From positions 248,001 to 312,000 of the forward strand of contig JAAOMT010000129.1 in NCBI GenBank assembly GCA_016748015.1: a stretch of DNA of 64,000 nt, written 5' to 3'. This stretch comes from Geosiphon pyriformis uo1. Taxonomy: Eukaryota; Fungi; Glomeromycota. This document shows, piece after piece, positions 1 to 10,799 of this stretch. The position numbers and the translations under genes were made by a program. The notes under the pieces were generated by a model, which did no database searches, was not told the origin of the DNA, and saw nothing but the letters and a program-made list of their open reading frames with translations. Positions within the stretch are counted from its first letter, which is position 1. Each line of letters begins with the position of its first letter.

Positions 1-600
1 TAGTTATAAAACATAAATATAATAAATGTTTTTTTGATATAATAACTAATTTATAATTATTAAAATAGTTATTAATAAAATGTTTTTTTATTGTTTTTTT
101 AAATTATGTTGTGATGTTATTTATTTTGTATTAATTAATAATAATTACTAAGATTTAATATTGTTTTTTTGCTTTTTTAGTAAGCTAATAATATAATAAT
201 TAATAAATCTAAATTAAGATAAGCTTTTTTTATTAGGTTATTACAAAGTTAAATTACAAAATTTATTTATAATAATCAATTTTTTCAAGTATATAGCTCT
301 ATAAAAAAAAATAAAAAAAAATAAAAATAAAAATATTTTTTTTTTATAAATTAAACTATTTGTATTTATACATATTTTCTAGTTTTATAAGATTGTTTTT
401 AATAATTTGTTATTATTAATTATTGTTTACTATTGCTAGTTATTTTCTATTATTTAGTATTATTATATATTATATTCAATAAAAACTTCTTTCTTTCTTA
501 CCTCCAAAAATCTTCAAAAAGCATATTTTCTGATAAAAAAGTTTTCTAATTTTTTCTTGCTAGTTTTTTCAACATTTCTTTAAGTAATAACCTTTTTATC

Positions 601-2505
601 GTGGATTTAAAAGCTGCTTCAGGTGGTGACATGTCAAAAAAAAAGACACCCAAAGGAGCTTTTTATGGTCCTGCTGGTGGTTCTTTTGCTCAAAAGAAAA
701 AAGTAGTTCTTGGAAATGTTAAACACTCTGGTGATAAGAAGGATATTTCCTTAAGTAATTCTGGACTTGGTAATAGTATGTATTCTAATGTGGATAGTCT
801 GTCTGGTAATGATAAGGATGTGGACATGACTGGTATACATGATGGGTGTTTTTTGGGTTTGGCTGTAATCACTTCCAAGGCAAAACATATTGATATTGGT
901 GCAATATTTGGCTTTTCACTTGGCTCTTCTGATTTTACTATGAATGATGATAAAATTGTGCTTCTCTTTTGCTTGTCTATCTCTCTGAAAAAAAAGTGGA
1001 TTGATTCAAAGATCATCAAAACTCCAGTGGAAGTGTCAGTCAAAAAATCATTTGCTTTGGATATTGATATTTCTGCAGTAGAAAACAAATCAGTCACAGC
1101 AAAAACTCAGCTTGTTAGAAAATTTTTTTCAACTATCAATAGTTTTGGGGGGGCCACTACTCCCTCAAAATTTGAGAGAATCATCAGATCTATCTTCATT
1201 TTAGAAGAAAGCATGAATATGACCACTTTATTGGCCAGAAAAAAAGATATCTCTGTAAACACTGATTTCAAAAAACAAAATATCCATTCAAATTGGGCTG
1301 TGGTCATAAAGAAAATTCCCATGGATATGCCTAAAAAAATGATCGTCGCTGCAGTATCTGAATTTGGTAATATTAAGTCGATCAAAGTTTAATTAATTGG
1401 CATGTGGCAAAAAGCCATAATAGAATTTGCTAGTTCAGATTAGGCTGAGCAACTGGCATCTAGATGGTCCTTTCTTATTAAGAAAGACTCTGTATGTGTG
1501 ACTATGGCTGTGGAAAATTGCAAGACATAGGCTTCTAAGGATTGGTTTAGAGTGCTTTTGTTTATTCTACCAGTGAGAATAATGGCACATGATCTTGGTA
1601 TTCTCTTGGATAGGGCTGGTGGAAAAACATGTGTAATCAATCATTCTGTTGATACTAGCAATAAAATCCATTGTGCTATAATTGGCTTTAAATCTGAGGA
1701 GGATCTGGAGTCTGCTTATTGCATAGAGCCAATATTTAGTAGTGTTAAACTTTCTTAAGCAAGAATGGATCTGGTTTGGTGTGAATGTTGTGAGAAATTT
1801 GGTCATTCTGTTTTGAAATGTGATGCCACAATTACATCCTCTTTCAAGCCAGTCAAACCATTTAAAAAAAATGCTTTAGAGGTTATTTGCCTTCATCTAG
1901 CTAAATTGTATGCCAAGAAAAACGTTACCATTTTTTGTTTGGCTGCTTTTGGTGGCAGATCTTGGGCTCAAATGGCTCTGGCTGCATCCACTTCTCATGA
2001 TCACTCTGCCAAGGCAGGCTCTGGTCCCTTTCTTATTGTTGATATAGATTCTGATGGCAAACGCCTCTTTCTCACTTCATTGAACTCTTCTTTAGATAGA
2101 TGTTTGTCAATGTTGAAGCATTCTCTTGAGCTTTTGACTAATCAGGTGTCAAACATTATAAAACAGTTAAATGACATTGCACTGGTGCTTTTGGTGCCTG
2201 TCTCTGAACAGAGCCCCTTGACTTCTGTCTTTTAGTATCCTATTCTAGTTCTGTTTGCAGTTGTGGATTCTAGTGTGGATTTGGATATGGTTTTAGATAT
2301 TCCTGATGCTCATTCTGCACTCTCTTCTCTTGCTGCTGATGATGCCTCAGTTCTTAGTTCAAGTAGCACAAGAGTGTTAACTTCCAAGGTTGGCAGTCTT
2401 GAGTCAAAATTGGTGGCTTTTGAGGCTTCTATTGGTTCTGTTTTGGGAAAGTTAAATCTGTTATGTGCCAACTCGGATTTCCAGAAATCTTTTTTATCTC
2501 AATGA
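601..2505 (+). pseudogene. LINE ORF1 (RNA-binding protein: RRM-like region, CCHC knuckle, C-terminal coiled coil), disrupted by stops
   Basis: ORF pieces 601-1392, 1552-1758, 1765-2235, 2263-2505 are in one frame, broken by stops. RRM-like 'AVVIKKIPMDMPKKMIVAAVSEFGNIKSIKV', knuckle 'CECCEKFGHSVLKC', heptad-like 'SKVGSLESKLVAFEASIGSVLGKLNLL'. Confidence 0.85.
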
Positions 2506-3392
2506 ATGATCTTATTTGGAAGGTTGCTATGTGTAACATTCAAGATATCAATGTTCCTGCTAAACAAGAAGATGTCATGCATTGGCATAAAAAATCTGGG
2601 AACATGGTCTTATTTATTACAGAAACAAAGTTAAAACCTAGCACTAGGCCTTAAATTATGAATAAGTTTGAGGGAGTTCGGATTTTCTCATCTGGTTTGG
2701 ATAAAAGTTTTGTTGAAACTGGAATGGCAGTTATTATAAACAATTCTTTAGCTCGCCATGTTTCTAAAGTGGAAGAAGTTCTTGGTTGTCTTATTTTGGT
2801 TCAGCTTCTCTTTAAAGGCAAACTTTTGGTTACATTTGTGGGTTTATATGCTGGTCTGCTGAGGTTAGATTTGGGCTGGCCTCAAAGATCAACTCTTTTA
2901 TAGCCAAGACAGTTAATTTTAGCAGTTTTGTTGTTTTGGGTAGAGACTTTAATGAAAATGGGTCTAAAAAAAGTACCAGTTACAAGTTTTGTTTGGACAT
3001 AAGGTTGGTTAATTTGTTTCAAGGATATTCTTTAGTCAAGACTCCTACTTGGGGCAATTCTAGAGGCACTTTAAAAGTTATTGACTTTATTTTTGTGAGT
3101 AATAATTTGGCATCTGCAGTGGCATTGCATTTTGTTAATGAAGTATCAGAATTATTTGATACAGATCATAAATCAATTTCAGTTTCAGTTGGTTTGGATG
3201 GACTTCTGAACACTTGCCTTAACAGTGCTCAAAAACAAGCCAATAAGGACTGGTGAAAATTTAAGTTGGAGAATGCCAATGAGACACAATGAATGCACTT
3301 TAAGGAGCTCTCTTTGGTTGGATTGCTGACGTATTCAAATGAGTTTCAGGAAGTAGAAAATAACAGTGACCTAGATGCAATGTGGAAGGTGT
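2502..3392 (+). pseudogene. LINE ORF2 N-terminus, apurinic/apyrimidinic-type endonuclease (APE/EEP)
   Basis: MNDLIWKVAMCNI (N-V-R-G motif region), ITETKL, GRDFN (GDFN), IDFIF, TDHK (SDH) motifs in the correct order. Confidence 0.88.
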
Positions 3393-4320
3393 TGTTACTC
3401 ATAGAATATAGGAAGTATATTATTATTAGCAAGTAGATATTAGCCAATTAGAAGTAGACGTAGTAAATGTGAAATTCCAGGATTCTTCTTAGAGGAATTG
3501 CAGGATTCCAGGAATTTCAGGATTCTCTGGCGAGGAATTACAGGATTCCAGAATTGCAGGATTCCTCTTATTAGGAATTGCAGGATTCCAGGAATTCCAG
3601 AATTCCTGTTGCAAGAAATTAAAGAATTAAGGAATCTCAAATATGTATATATAACAGTAGTATTAGAAGCAGAAAGAGGGAGAATCGACACCAGGAATCC
3701 TTAGCTTAGTTATCACAATCCTCAAATAAATAATTATTCATTATATCAAATTCATTCTTCACTATCAATACTTTATGTTGATAGTAACTGATACTTAATC
3801 ATACTGAAACAATAGCTCTTGATCATGGCTATTGATGGGATACTAACTTGTAAATTGCCTTGGCTTATTTCTTATTTTCTTTTTATCTTTTCTTTATTTT
3901 TTTTATTGTCTATTAACTTGATTAAAGAATTTACTCTTGGAGGACTTATGGAGGAATAAAACTTACTTAAACAATACTTACTCTTGGAGGACTTACAGAA
4001 AAATAAACTTGCTTAAACAATACTTACTCTTGAAGGACTTATGAAGGAACTGACATCAAAAAACAGCACTGGTATATACTTACAAAGAATATCGTACTAA
4101 GAGAATCATCAACCATTAAGCTGAGCAAGCTATTGACAAAACTACAGTTTCAGGAAACTACTGATAAACTGTTACCATTGAATTTCTGTCCATTATACAA
4201 AAAACTCAATTGGAAAACCTTCAGATAAAATACCTTTAGATTATTATCATCACTAATCACTTTGAGTACCAAGTTACAGGTTTGTTATTCATTCAACACC
4301 CCAAAGAATTACCTGTAATA
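3393..4320 (+). repeat. 5' LTR, family A (928 bp)
   Basis: Starts tgttactcatagaatatagg and ends cctgtaata, directly before the PBS. Homologous to 19757, 27532, 54085, 63270 and the inverted 17186-18171. Confidence 0.92.
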
Positions 4321-4322
4321 TT

Positions 4323-4339
4323 TGGTGCTCTCTGTGAAG
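4323..4339 (+). promoter_or_regulatory. Primer-binding site (TGGTGCTCTCTGTGA..), probably for elongator tRNA-Met
   Basis: TGG begins 2 nt after the LTR end; same motif at 6515 and 54934. The complement CCTCACAGAGAGCA-CCA resembles eukaryotic elongator tRNA-Met 3' ends. Confidence 0.75.
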
Positions 4340-4340
4340 T

Positions 4341-5528
4341 ATAATCCTACAGAGAATCAGTGCCAACAACACCATCCAAATGTGGCAGAATCAGAAATTA
4401 TAGGAGCCAACCACTTAGAATTCACAAAATTCTTGTTTCAACAATACAGCCAACAATTGGGATTAAACAATAATCACTATCCAGCCGAATCAGTTTTCAA
4501 CTATTACGTCAATGATAAAATCACAGACTGTTTAGAAGGAACCATTAATATCGAGTCAGCAAGAGAAAATTTCTATACAGAATTATTTTAACACACCAGC
4601 TTACCAAGAAATCACAGTTTTGCCCCAATCATTAGAGAAATTAATCAAACTATTGAAAGATACATGCAACAACAATTTCCCATTACCTACGCAGACAAAG
4701 GTAAAGGAAGAATACAAACACCAGCAGCAACACCAAAAAAAATACAGTTACCTAGTTGGAAAAAACACAAAGTAGAATCACCAACCACTCTATCATATTA
4801 CTACACACTTAGAAGTGCCATCAACATTTTATCAGCAGACATGTCCACATCAAATGCGACATCAACATTTGGAAGATTTCAGTTCCAAAGCAAACAACGG
4901 AAAGAAGACTTACTAGGACCATATAGTGCGTATTTTGAAGGATTAAATCACAATCTTCAACACCATCAGGAATTTGATCACCAATACTCCAACCAGATTT
5001 TGGAGCCGCTACTCCATGGGAATTATCAAAGAAAAAAGAGGAAAGAAGTAAAGATTAAGAATTCACTTACCAAAACCCGATCTCAGAAAACTCGGAATTT
5101 GGAACCCCGAATATTCAAACTTCATGAAATTCAAACATAGAAAATCCAGAAATTGAAACTCCAAATATTAGAACTCAGCAAAATCAAAACAATCAGAACC
5201 CCGATTTAATTAATCAGCCAAATGTACCTCCAAATATTGTCATCAATTATCCACCAATTGATTCGATAGTTGAACCCATTCAGCAGCCATTTCAACAACT
5301 GAATCCTCAAATCCAACAGCCACAAAGACCACCTCAGCAACCACCACTGCAACAACAACTAAATGTAAATCAAATGGTCTATGCACTTATCACCAAGTTA
5401 GAAAACTTTACTGGTGAAGAAGACAACACTCAAGCATGAATTAATGACGTTTCCAAGGCCATTATAGCAAACAATTGGGATGATGTCAGAGTCCTACAGG
5501 CAATCCCATATTTTCTCAAAGAAACTGC
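4341..5528 (+). pseudogene. A1 gag, 5' part (continues at 15479-16008 after the nested element B)
   Basis: Colinear with 54952-56110. The reading FLKET|ANSWY is restored across the B insertion and matches LKDTANSWY at 56101. Confidence 0.85.
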
Positions 5529-6512
5529 TATTACCAGACGAAATTAGAGATATTGTTTAGCATGAAATTACCCTTATAAATTTTATCATTAATTAGCATA
5601 TATTATCATTTCAAATTATCACTTATTACATTAGCAAAATGTTCAAAATTATCATTTAATTAATAACTCAATTTGTACATAACACAAATTTAACCTAAGT
5701 GTAATGATTAATTATGCAATACCCCGAAATATGTAACATTCAAAAGTTTGCCAAAATTTGTAAAAATTTGCCAAAATAATTGATAGTTCACTGAAATATC
5801 TAATAGTTCGCAGAAATAACTTGTAGTTTGCCGAAATATACTTTTAGTTTGTCGAAACCATAGTAAAGAAAATAGTTCAAGTTTATAGACTAGTACTACA
5901 ACAAGTTGTATAAAAGAAGAGCTTTTCTCTTCGAGAAAATATATCTTACTTCAGATTTAACAATTAGAATCATTCTTTATACACAAAAACAAAATAAATA
6001 TCAAATAAATTCGAAAAACCAAATTCTTTAAATTATTACACTTGGAAAATTCTTAAAACCCAATTAACATTTTGAAATTGATTAGCTACCAATTTCAATA
6101 AACTGTTAGTGACTTTAGGCCTGGATCAAAAACAATTTCCTTAACAGAATTCAATTTTCTTTTATATTTCTTTTATTTTTCTTTTCTTTTCTCATTACAA
6201 TTATTAGGGTAGCCTACAGATGAGATTTCTGTAGAAAAGTTGACTTTCACAGCAAAGTAACTACACATTTTTTTGTGAGCTTTCAGATGAACAATTCCTG
6301 AGAAAGAGTTGATATTTACTACAACATAACTACATAAAGCAACTGGCACAGAATTGGCCATTCCACTTATAAGCCCAGCAGTTCAAATTATAAGAGATAA
6401 TTTGAAGATAAAATTCAGTTATTGAAGGTTCAAACACTTTCCATAGTCATGAATTAACAGCACTACAACAAACATACAAGAGCTAAAAAGAGACCAAAAA
6501 CCTCCGGTAACA
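5529..6512 (+). repeat. 5' LTR, family B
   Basis: t(a/g)ttacca...ctccggtaaca; direct repeat of 14494-15478. Confidence 0.95.
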
Positions 6513-6557
6513 TTTGGTGCTCTCTCATAGAAACAACACAGCAAAAACAACTTCAAA

Positions 6558-8600
6558 GTGGTGACCACACCAGATGCAACAACTCTAGAGTATTACCAGT
6601 CAATTTACACCCACTGCAAGCAAAGATTTAACATTCCAGACGGAATTGAAGTTGTCAAGAAATCAGTATACCAATACATTAAAAACCGCATCAACAATTA
6701 TCTTTTTGGAAATTACAATATTTCAGAAGTTAGAAACAACCTTTACAATAATTTAGTACACTATTCACAGTTGGGAACTGAAGACCTTAACAGTGAAACA
6801 CTTGCCACTTACTTTCAAGAACTTAATTTTAACATTATCAAGTACTGTGAAGAAACATATCCAGTGCAGTCTCAATACTCTATTGATTTTGAATCAGAGA
6901 CAGAAACAAGCAACAAAGGCAAACAAAAATTGAAACAATATTCAAAAACCACTCCAAATACTCCAATACTACCAAAAACAACTGTCAAACACTTACAAAC
7001 ACCTGAACAAGAAACCAGTTTAAAACTTCCACTTACTATCACACTTTTTCCAGCTTTACTTGCACAAACACAAACACTTAATTCATTTTTAAATCGATTT
7101 GCAAGACTAGAAGATTTTATATTACCCAAAAGTCCCACCAGACAACAAGAACCCCTTCAAACTAGTTCCAATCTCCTTGACTTTCTAGCTGAAAATCAAA
7201 GTGAACACTCTGAGACAGCAGCAAACGAAGAAAATGACTCTGAAATATCTGAAGAAAAATCAATAAACAGGAAAAACGAAAAAAACAAAATGACAGCATA
7301 CATTGTAAAAATCTCTGAATTTAATGAAGAAGACATTGAGACCAGTCCCCAAGAATGGCTCGACCAAGTTACTAAAGCTGGAGATGCAAATGGATGAAAT
7401 GCTGCCAGAATGTTAAAAACAATTCCCTATTTTCTCAAAGAAACAGCAGACGAATGGTTCGAAAACTTGACCACCTCTTTTAATAACTGGACAGCTTTTA
7501 AAACTGCCTTCTTAGAACAATTCACCAATAACAACACCTCAATCACACTTCGAAATTGTTTTCGCAATATCAAACAAGAACCCTCCAAATTTGTCATAAC
7601 TTATATTGGGAAATTTAACAAACTTTTCAAACAAATTTGCCAACTTGAAATTAATAATAATTATTCTGATGCTCAAATCTTGAATCAATTTATCACTGGT
7701 TTAAAGGATAAACTGATTAAAAAAGTTCACCCACATGTCCCAGAAGATTTAAACTCTGTCATTCAGCATGCAAAGAGATATAAAATGGCCATGGAAGAAG
7801 CCAATTGTATAAAACTTGTGAACTTAGCCATTGGAGAGACCAGCTCAGCAGCTGAAAAAAAAATTGACCAACTCACAAAAAAAGTCAAAAACTATTTCAC
7901 CAACCAACAACAACAGCAATTCCAAAGATATCAACCACCCCAAAGATGGAATCAAAACAACTTCACATCATCCTCTAATAACCAGCCTCAGAATTGCCAT
8001 TACTGTGAAATTCCTGGCCACTGGAAAAGAGATTGCAGGAAGCTACAATGAGACCAACAGAATAGGAGTAATTAATGTTACCTTTTGCCACAACAATCTT
8101 ATTACCAACCACCACTACCACCAGCTTACTATCCACCAAGACCACAATATCAAACCAACTATTATCAATCTGCTCTACAGCCAATGCAACAACAGTATCA
8201 ACAACCCATTCAACATTACCAAATACCTGCTCAAAGATTGGTTCAACAAAACCAATTTGTATCACAAAACTGATTCGCAACAAACAACAACAGAATCAAC
8301 CTAAATAACCAATTAGTTCCCCAAAATTCAGCTCAACCAAGACCCAACCACTATCATACTCAACCTAGTTATTTTATGATGCCAGAAGAACAGGATTTTC
8401 ACCATACTGCACTCTTAGAAGGTAGAGCTGCAGCACAACAACAAAATTTTTCTCATAATCACACCACTATTCTACCAGCCAGAATTGCTGAAAATGTCAA
8501 TCTCTCTGATATCTTTCCTTTTGAGTTCGAAGCCAATGAATCACCATTTCTACTTAGCAATGCTACTACAAATGAACAAAAAGCAATCACAGCTATGTAT
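6558..8600 (+). pseudogene. Family B Gag (N-terminal helical domain, capsid, CCHC nucleocapsid, Q/P-rich tail)
   Basis: Retrotransposon-gag-like 'FLKETADEWF...FKTAFLEQF...IKQEPSKFVITYIGKF...QFITGL' and zinc knuckle 'CHYCEIPGHWKRDC'. Confidence 0.9.
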
Positions 8601-8970
8601 ACTGAAGCTGAAGTTAAAAGAAAAACAATCCGCTTAATCTTAAACAGTGAATCCGCCGAAAGTATTATTACTTACTAGTTGATGCAACAGTTAAAGAGAA
8701 ATGTTGACCGACCAGCTCAAACAGTAATTATCACTGCTGATGGCATGAAAAAGACTCCAGTAGGAGAAATTGACAATTTTCTATTCACTCTCAATGGAAT
8801 TACCATTCCAGTCAAAGTTCTTGTAATGGATGCTCTCCAGTATCAAGCCCTTGTTAGAAATGATTGGCTTTAAAAAACCAATGCTAATCTGAATTGGGAG
8901 ACACAAGAGTTAACAATCTTCTACCAAAAACAACATGTCCAGGTACCTGCCACTTGTGGTACATTTAACA
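8601..8970 (+). pseudogene. Family B aspartic protease
   Basis: 'LILNSESAESII' is a mutated LILDSGSAGSII (intact at 57358 in A3). Also 'TADG' flap and 'ALVRNDWL' (LLGxDWL). Confidence 0.85.
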
Positions 8971-9179
8971 AATGCTCTGAAAAAGCCCCAGCTTTTGAAT
9001 TCAAACTGGAAGAAGAAAAACCCATTATTGAAACATTTATGGCATTTGGATCAACCTCCAATTGGGCTGATGAAACTGAACAAGAACATTTTACTCCACA
9101 CTCTGAACCTGAAACCCCTGGATGAAATATCCCTTACTCAAAGCCTAAACTAAGGAAACGACACCCCTACATTCTCCTT

Positions 9180-9790
9180 AAATGCAAAGATTGCCACAAG
9201 AAACTTTCATCAATGGGAGCCTGCATTTCATCTGAAGAAGAATATGAAAATCATACTTGTTATTACTGCAAGGCTTGTCACAGAAAATGATGGGGCCACC
9301 TAATAAAAAGAAGTAGAAAATAGGACAACACCCTTTGTTTGACTTGTGGAGATATGCTACCAGAAGAATGCAATTGGATTGATGTAGTAATGAGAGGAGG
9401 AGTCTGCGATCAAACCTGCCAATATGCTTTATCAATTTCAGAAAAAGTCAAAAGAAGAACACCTTTTGATGCTGCTTACAATAGTGCCCTCAACAAACTG
9501 TACTATTATCCTCACAATACCAAAATGATTTTCGATTTAGCAATGGCTTTTAATCAATGGAGCCACTCAAGAAAATGTTTGTCAAATGAAGAAAACAGAA
9601 TACATTGAATATACCATGAAATTAGTTGGATTTGATTACAAAGATGAAGTAGAAGTTTACCACCAAATTGCAAGTCACACCTACTCAACCCAAGAAGCTC
9701 AAATTCAACAATTAGAGCAAATGAACATTAGGCTATGTGAAGAATGCATTATGTCTTGTGATGAACAGTGGTGTCCTGAATGCTATACTC
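9180..9790 (+). other. Cysteine-rich putative zinc-binding module inside Pol, between protease and dUTPase
   Basis: CKDC..KKLSSMGAC..YCKAC..CLTC..CDQTC..CEEC.MSC..WCPEC; Cys spacing is conserved in A3 at 58040-58655. Confidence 0.7.
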
Positions 9791-9909
9791 TTAGCATTCT
9801 CCTGCCCAGTGAAAATGATGAAAACAAAATTGAATTTGGAGAACCTAAAGCAACAGAAGAAATTGAAACAACACCCATCTATCTCATCAAAAATCAGCCT
9901 GCTTCACAA

Positions 9910-10338
9910 CTCAAATACTTTAACAACAATGGACAAGGAATAAAACCAGAAAAAGCACATGAAATTAATGCTGAATACGATCTACAATATTTAAAAAAAA
10001 ACACTTTGGTTCTTTAACCAAATTCTCTTACCAAAATCAATCTCAAAATTGCCCTCAAAATCCCACCAGGAGCAATGGTCCAAATTGTTTCACAATCATC
10101 ATTGGCAAACAAAAGAATTAATGTTAGAAGAGAAATCATAGATGCAGGATATACAGAAGACATTACAGTCATGTTACAAAATGAAATCAATAAACCTTTT
10201 CAGATTAAACATGCTGAAAAAATTGCTCAAGCTATTTATTTACCCTTAAGTAACATTTCGGGTTTACAATTAGTCAGTCAAAGAGAACAATTGGGAAAAA
10301 GTGGAAAAAGAACCAATGGTTTTGGTTCAACTAGATGA
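9910..10338 (+). pseudogene. Family B trimeric dUTPase domain
   Basis: All five motifs are recognisable despite G->A decay: AEYDL (AGYDL), SQSS (RSS), IIDAGYTEDI, KIAQ, RTNGFGST. Confidence 0.9.
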
Positions 10339-10799
10339 TTCACAGTTCCAGTAAACATAGCCCTTAATGAACAAAGTGAATCTCATCAGATTCTATGACT
10401 TCCACAACCAATTACTATTTTACCCTTTGGAGAACACCCTAAAATTTACACTTATAAAAAGCTAACAACCACACAACAAATTTTTGAGTCCAACAAACAA
10501 ATCTGCTCAGAACATAATATCTTGATCCCAAATATTTACATTCCAGAAGAAACAAAGAAAGTCCGAGTTACTTTTTACAATCCCAACAGTTACCCCATAG
10601 TTTTATTAAATAACTTAGAAATTAGAGTCATTCACAGTAACATCTTTCAACAAGAACTATTCCAAATAGTTTTCAATTTCTTGGAAATCATTGAATATTC
10701 ACTACCAAAAATCAACCCAAATCTCAGTTCTGAAAACTACCATGTTGTCATGGAAAAACTATCTCGAATCAACATGAGACAACTTGAATCACAACAACA

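Larger units (their letters stand above)
484..3392 (+). mobile_element. LINE-1 copy (non-LTR retrotransposon), 5' part: 5'UTR, ORF1 and the APE part of ORF2; cut at 3392 by an LTR element
   Basis: 5'UTR (aaacttctttct...taataacctttttatc-gtggattta) matches the reverse complement of 28828-28918. ORF1 and APE motifs are colinear with the minus-strand copy at 21286-28918. The 5' boundary is approximate. Confidence 0.88.

Noticed and set aside
3470-3625. Regularly spaced palindromic repeats resembling a CRISPR array
   Set aside because: The units are degenerate, have no unique 30-40-nt spacers, lie inside LTR U3 regions of a eukaryotic TE, and no cas genes are present.
3440-3704. ORFs 3440-3691(-) and 3498-3704(+), and similar ORFs at 6173, 15106, 15127 and 27579
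   Set aside because: These are chance frames through LTR repeats and are not conserved as ORFs between LTR copies.
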